Assembly: GCA_050049995.1 (NCBI GenBank)
Contig: JASFVE010000060.1
Location: 1-12,127, forward strand
Direction of reading: 5' to 3'
Source of the DNA: Chlamydiota bacterium
Lineage (GTDB): Bacteria > Chlamydiota > Chlamydiia > Chlamydiales > SM23-39
DNA: 12,127 nucleotides
Under the pieces are notes generated by a model, which was not told the origin of the DNA, ran no database searches, and saw only the letters and a program-made list of their open reading frames with translations. The stretch's first letter is position 1. Every line of letters starts with the position of its first letter. Below, piece by piece: positions 7,847 through 12,127 of this stretch. Both the position numbers and the translations under genes were made by a program.

Positions 7847-8899
7847 ATGTCACTTTCAGAAATTGAATCCCTTTTAGGGGAAGAGGCAAAGTCTTTATTA
7901 GAACATAAATGTATTGTTTCTAAAGATCATTTACATATTCCTTCTTCTAATTGGGTAGATAATATTTTTCTTTCCTCAGATAGAAATACTAGAGTGCTTA
8001 GAAGCTTGCAGGCTCTTTTTTCCCATGGAAGACTTTCTAATACCGGATATCTATCTATTTTACCAGTAGACCAAGGGATTGAGCACACAGCGGGAGCTTC
8101 TTTTTCTCCTAACCCAGAATATTTCGACCCTGAAAATATCGTAAAACTTGCTATGGAAGGGGGATGTAATGCCGTAGCTTCTACTTCAGGTGTATTAGGT
8201 TCTATTGCTCGCAAGTATGCACATAAGATTCCTTTTATTTTAAAGTTTAATCATAACGAGCTTTTATCTTATCCCAACACCTATGATCAAGTTATGTTTG
8301 CCTCTATTCAGCAGGCATATGATATGGGCTGCATGGCAGTAGGGGCTACCATTTATTTTGGCTCCAGTGAAAGCAGAAGACAAATTGTCGAGATTTCACA
8401 AGCTTTTGAACTTGCCCATGAATTGGGTATGGCTACTATTTTATGGTGTTACTTAAGAAATAGTGATTTTAAGACAGGAGACAAAGACTACCACACTGCA
8501 GCTGATTTAACAGGGCAGGCCAATCACTTAGGCGCTACTATCCAAGCGGATATTGTAAAACAAAAACTACCTACTAACAATGGTGGCTTTAAAGCTATTA
8601 AGTTTGGTAAGTACAGCGATAAAATGTACAACGAGCTATGTTCTGATCATCCTATTGACTTAACCCGCTACCAAGTTGTGAATAGTTATATGGGAAGAGT
8701 GGGGTTGATCAACTCAGGGGGAGCTTCCGGTAAAAATGACTTGGCAGATGCTGCCAAAACAGCTGTTATCAATAAAAGAGCTGGCGGCATGGGCCTTATT
8801 TCAGGTAGAAAAGCTTTTCAAAAGCCAATGAAAGAGGGAGTAAAGCTTTTACATACTATTCAAGACGTTTACTTAGATAAGAAAATCACTGTAGCTTAA
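7847..8899 (+). CDS. fbaB: Class I fructose-bisphosphate aldolase (DhnA/FbaB type)
   Basis: [30 protein letters not shown], Schiff-base Lys in [26 protein letters not shown]; 350 aa; GGAG ribosome-binding site upstream. Confidence 0.96.
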   Translation: MSLSEIESLLGEEAKSLLEHKCIVSKDHLHIPSSNWVDNIFLSSDRNTRVLRSLQALFSHGRLSNTGYLSILPVDQGIEHTAGASFSPNPEYFDPENIVKLAMEGGCNAVASTSGVLGSIARKYAHKIPFILKFNHNELLSYPNTYDQVMFASIQQAYDMGCMAVGATIYFGSSESRRQIVEISQAFELAHELGMATILWCYLRNSDFKTGDKDYHTAADLTGQANHLGATIQADIVKQKLPTNNGGFKAIKFGKYSDKMYNELCSDHPIDLTRYQVVNSYMGRVGLINSGGASGKNDLADAAKTAVINKRAGGMGLISGRKAFQKPMKEGVKLLHTIQDVYLDKKITVA

Positions 8900-8915
8900 A
8901 AGCTGCTTATTTTTT
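8891..8915 (+). terminator. Possible weak intrinsic terminator overlapping the fbaB stop codon
   Basis: GTAGCT-TAAA-AGCTGC (6-bp stem with one G.U pair, stop codon in the loop) followed by TTATTTTTT. Confidence 0.4.
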
Positions 8916-10466
8916 ATCTAGCCACTCAAAAAATGGATGGAACTCCTCCTCGTCTGTAGGAGGAGAAAAATTTTCGGGATTAGGTGTTATTTTACCTTCC
9001 CATGGAAAGGGTCTTTTTGGTGGTGGCGTTCTTTCTTGTGCAGTGGCACCTAGAGCTTTTAAAACCCCAGGAAGCCCTGGTATTTTTCCAGCAGCTTGAT
9101 CGGCTGCAACAAGCGCTGCAATTTTAGCTGCTACCGCTCCTGTATTAATATTAGGATCTTCTGTGGTTCCTGTTAGAGGAACTTGCATCACATAATTAGA
9201 AGGAAGCCCTTTAATGCCAAACGATCTATTAAGCGCGTCAGCTGTAATACCTAAGGTCATATCTAATCGTTTATTTTCCAGGTTAACATTACCCCAAGTG
9301 CATATATGTATGTCTTCAGCAACTAAAGCATCCATTCTGTCTGTGAAAGCTATACCATTATGAATTTGAATATTCACAGGGGTAAACCACACGGTCATTT
9401 CATGCACCCTTTGTAAATTATGCAATTTCATAATGCCGATAATAAGAGCTAATGTTCCACCATTCTTACATGTTATTTTACCCATATCTAGTGTTGCTTT
9501 TTCTATAGATAAGGTTTTGATAGAAAAAGGATCTAAAGGACACTCAAAACCATTTTTATCTATTTCTAATGTGATGGGATGTCTAGCTTCCACTGCAGTA
9601 ATGAATAGGGGGTTGGCATCTTTCATAAGATAAGTGCTTAAGGTAGGTGTAAGCTGAAAAGTAGCTAAAATGGAGTCATTGAGATAAAGGACTTTATTTT
9701 CTATATCAGCATCGATAGAAGTGTGGCCGTTGGTTGCGTTGACATACATGCGTAAATTTCCAACTTTTCCTTTGCTTAAGAAGGTGCTTTCTAAATTTAA
9801 AAGAGGTCCTAAAAGTTTTTCAAAAAAATGAGGGTCCTTTCGTATTGTTTTAAGAAGTTGGTTTTTTTCTTTAAATTTAAGCCCATGAACCCATCTGTCT
9901 AGTCCGATCGTAGGGAAGTTAGCGAGCTCTATTTTAATAAATGCTGGCAAAGAAGAGTAAATTTCTTCAACAGAAGACATTTTAGCCTCCACACTGAGCT
10001 TTCCTATAATGCCTTCTGCTTTTGTTATACCTGTAAGAGAGAGATCAATATTTTCTCCATCCGATCCAGTCATGGTTGCATTAAGGTTTTCAAAACTTGC
10101 AGAAGCTGCCTCATCGCTACGTAAAAACACATTACCATTTCTAAGTTCAGCTTTGCCATCTAAAGACTTCAAAAGATGTTTTTCTATATTGGAAAAAGTG
10201 AAAAATGCCCAAAAAGAAAGATCGGCATCAAAACTGGAAAAATTAAAGTCTAACTGTTTGCCTTTAAACGCAACATTTTGCATAGACTGAGGACCTGACC
10301 AGGATAAAGACCAGGAGCCTACAGATAGGTCACCCTTTAATTTCTTGGATAGGACTCTTACAATAATTTTTTTTCCGAAATTAGTAGAGGCGATAGTAGG
10401 AAGGGAGAAAAAAACTAATATAACGAAAATAATAAGACTTACAATAATCCAAATGGCTTTTTTCAT
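8907..10466 (-). CDS. Membrane-anchored hypothetical protein, probably AsmA-like
   Basis: N-terminal MKK plus one hydrophobic helix; body of alternating beta-strand-like segments; C-terminal WGNVNLENKRLDMTLG...VPLTGTTEDPNIN resembles AsmA-like C-termini; Pro-rich and acidic tail. The CDS is solid; the family call is inference. Confidence 0.6.
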   Translation of the reverse strand: MKKAIWIIVSLIIFVILVFFSLPTIASTNFGKKIIVRVLSKKLKGDLSVGSWSLSWSGPQSMQNVAFKGKQLDFNFSSFDADLSFWAFFTFSNIEKHLLKSLDGKAELRNGNVFLRSDEAASASFENLNATMTGSDGENIDLSLTGITKAEGIIGKLSVEAKMSSVEEIYSSLPAFIKIELANFPTIGLDRWVHGLKFKEKNQLLKTIRKDPHFFEKLLGPLLNLESTFLSKGKVGNLRMYVNATNGHTSIDADIENKVLYLNDSILATFQLTPTLSTYLMKDANPLFITAVEARHPITLEIDKNGFECPLDPFSIKTLSIEKATLDMGKITCKNGGTLALIIGIMKLHNLQRVHEMTVWFTPVNIQIHNGIAFTDRMDALVAEDIHICTWGNVNLENKRLDMTLGITADALNRSFGIKGLPSNYVMQVPLTGTTEDPNINTGAVAAKIAALVAADQAAGKIPGLPGVLKALGATAQERTPPPKRPFPWEGKITPNPENFSPPTDEEEFHPFFEWLDKK

Positions 10467-11020
10467 TTTCCTTTCTCCTCTAATTGATACATCATAAAAG
10501 CTGCTATGGTTTTCGCATCTTCAATTTCATGGCTTTTGATCATAGAGTATATTTGTTGCTTGGACAATTGAACATTATCCATGCCTTCATCGAGATCTTC
10601 TTGTAAAGAGCTTTCTTGAAGGTTGGTTGCGTGATAAACATAAAGATATTCAGTACAATAACCAGGAGCAGAGTAAAGGCCGCCTAGTAGCTTCATATGG
10701 CCTGCTTTATAACCAATTTCTTCCTGTACTTCTCTTTTTGCACACGTAAGAGGTTCTTCTTTTTCTTCTAAAGTACCAGCAGGAAGCTCATAAATAATTT
10801 TACCAACAACTCTTCGCCATTGTCTTACTAAAATGATCTCATGATTAATTTCAGGAATAATAACAACAGCACCAGGATGACGCACTATCTCGATTTGTTT
10901 TTCTTGTCCTTCTAAGTGGAGACAGTCTATTTGAAGGTTGATGATTTTTCCTTCAAAGATAGTTTTGGACTCTATTGGTTTTTGTTGTTCCAGATCTCTT
11001 TGTTCTTCCGCCTTGCCCAT
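10463..11020 (-). CDS. nudF: Nudix hydrolase, ADP-ribose pyrophosphatase (NudF) subfamily
   Basis: Complete Nudix box GTLEEKEEPLTCAKREVQEEIGY (GX5EX7REUXEEXGU), with HPGAV, LVRQWR, ELPAG, downstream SAPG proline and IEDAKT; ATGA overlap with the downstream gene. Confidence 0.88.
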   Translation of the reverse strand: MGKAEEQRDLEQQKPIESKTIFEGKIINLQIDCLHLEGQEKQIEIVRHPGAVVIIPEINHEIILVRQWRRVVGKIIYELPAGTLEEKEEPLTCAKREVQEEIGYKAGHMKLLGGLYSAPGYCTEYLYVYHATNLQESSLQEDLDEGMDNVQLSKQQIYSMIKSHEIEDAKTIAAFMMYQLEEKGK

Positions 11021-11125
11021 AAAAGTATAATAACAGCTTATACTTCTTTGTAACTTATCGGGTAGTTTTTCGCTATCAGCTCTTTTAAGAAAAGATTTTT
11101 TATATTAAAGGGTAGGGTAAAAGTG

Positions 11126-11162
11126 AATTAAACTCCTTACTTCAAAAGTAAGGAGTTTAATT
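11126..11162 (-). terminator. Perfect 17-bp inverted repeat, likely intrinsic terminator of the repeat-protein gene
   Basis: AATTAAACTCCTTACTT-CAA-AAGTAAGGAGTTTAATT, starting 11 nt after the TAA at 11174-11176. On the minus strand the GC-containing stem is followed by TTTAATTCACTTTT. Confidence 0.8.
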
Positions 11163-11173
11163 TAAGTGAAAAA

Positions 11174-12127
11174 TTAGATTTCTTGAGGGATTTTGCTAAG
11201 AATGCGATTTCTAACATATTTATCAGTGATTAGATTTGCCACTTCAAAAGCCTTATCCCATTTTTTTGCTTTTATTAAACCTCTAGTGAAAGAGGACAAG
11301 TTTCTATTTCTCCTGCGTTCATCAGTGATAAGATGGGCCACGTTAAGAGCTTGATCTAATTTTTCTGCCTCACTTAAAGCTATAGCGATATTAGAAAGCG
11401 CCGTATTCTTGCTCCCCTCATCGAAAATACGATTGGCTATTTCAAGAGCTTTATCCCATTCTTTTTCCTTTATTAAATCACTTTTAATCGACATAAAAAT
11501 GTCCCAAGGGTCGGAGATCACACGATTGGCTATTTCAAGAGCTTTATCCCACTCTTTTGCTTTACTCAAATTGTTTATAAATGTTTGAAAAGCGTAGTTT
11601 CTATCAGACTCATTTAAGGTAAATTTTATTACTTCAAAAGCTATATCCAATTTTCCCGCTCTAATTAAATCTAAATAAGCAGATCCCTGGTTGGGATTAT
11701 TTTTTATTTCGTTGTAAAGTTCGAGGACTTCAAAAATCTTTTCCAAAGACTTTGGAACGGAGGTTGATTTAAGGCTTTCTATTGTTGGATTGTCTAAAGA
11801 TTTCAGTGCGTCAAATATTGATTGTTTTATAGTAGAAAGATTAACGATTGTTAATCCTTGTAAGTTTGGGAATTTATCGTTGTTGCTTAATGTATCTTCA
11901 ATTCCTAGTGGGATATTAATAATAGTATCATTAAGAATGTGACTAAGTTTTATTTTTTCATCCGCATGCTTTTCAGGATCTAACTTTGTAATTAACTCTT
12001 TAATAAAATCTTCAGCTTTCCTCAGTTTACTTATTTCTATTTTAATATAGTCTTTACTATCAGTTAGGTTTCTTGAAGATGTTGCTCCTAAAGCTATTAC
12101 ATCCTGGATGTTTAAATACCGAAAAAC
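11174..12127 (-). CDS. 5'-truncated protein (at least 317 aa) with an F-box-like motif at the window edge and C-terminal TPR-like helical repeats
   Basis: The frame of track ORF 11174..11746 is stop-free to 12127, adding VFRYLNIQDVIALGATSSRNLTDSKDYIKIEISKLRKAEDFIKELITKLDPEKHADEKIKLSHILND...KSTSVPKS. The track's TTG start is therefore probably an internal Leu. Five repeats with a (W/L)DxA(L/F)x(I/V) core at spacings of 33, 31, 33 and 33 aa. Confidence 0.8.
   Translation of the reverse strand, partial: VFRYLNIQDVIALGATSSRNLTDSKDYIKIEISKLRKAEDFIKELITKLDPEKHADEKIKLSHILNDTIINIPLGIEDTLSNNDKFPNLQGLTIVNLSTIKQSIFDALKSLDNPTIESLKSTSVPKSLEKIFEVLELYNEIKNNPNQGSAYLDLIRAGKLDIAFEVIKFTLNESDRNYAFQTFINNLSKAKEWDKALEIANRVISDPWDIFMSIKSDLIKEKEWDKALEIANRIFDEGSKNTALSNIAIALSEAEKLDQALNVAHLITDERRRNRNLSSFTRGLIKAKKWDKAFEVANLITDKYVRNRILSKIPQEI
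11429..11551. repeat. 30-bp identical direct repeat inside the repeat-protein gene
   Basis: ACGATTGGCTATTTCAAGAGCTTTATCCCA at 11429-11458 and 11522-11551 (93-bp period); both copies encode WDKALEIANR on the minus strand. Confidence 0.95.

Noticed and set aside
7927..8214. 95-aa minus-strand ORF
   Set aside because: Antisense within conserved fbaB; no independent evidence.
9433..10290. Two plus-strand ORFs (9433..9633 and 10009..10290)
   Set aside because: Antisense within the 519-aa gene; no motifs.
11150..11177. AAGGAG followed by GTG AAA AAT TAG mini-ORF on the plus strand
   Set aside because: Three codons only; the SD-like sequence is part of the terminator stem and no plus-strand transcript is evident.
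11429..11551. 30-bp direct repeats as a possible CRISPR array
   Set aside because: Only two exact copies, a 63-nt spacer, an in-frame 93-bp period inside a coding repeat protein, and no cas genes nearby.

Overview
AT-rich, gene-dense chromosomal segment, most likely from an environmental member of the phylum Chlamydiota. This is inferred from the Pkn1-like FGE-sulfatase C-terminus and from IspH and FbaB sequences that resemble chlamydial ones as I recall them; no database search was run. Gene order: 3' end of pkn1 (+), ispH (+), an oppBCDF peptide ABC-transporter operon with no oppA (-), rimO (+), an MFS sugar porter (+), class I aldolase fbaB (+), an AsmA-like membrane-anchored protein and a Nudix hydrolase (-), a perfect 17-bp hairpin, and a 5'-truncated helical-repeat gene (-). 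Most of the window is housekeeping. I found no RNA genes, mobile elements or CRISPR array, and no convincing novel multi-gene system. The best leads are: (1) the last ORF is open to the window edge and begins with an F-box-like motif ahead of TPR-like repeats, making it a candidate ubiquitin-system effector; (2) the sugar porter has Gln in place of the proton-coupling Asp, suggesting a uniporter; (3) a 54-bp divergent control region between oppB and rimO.
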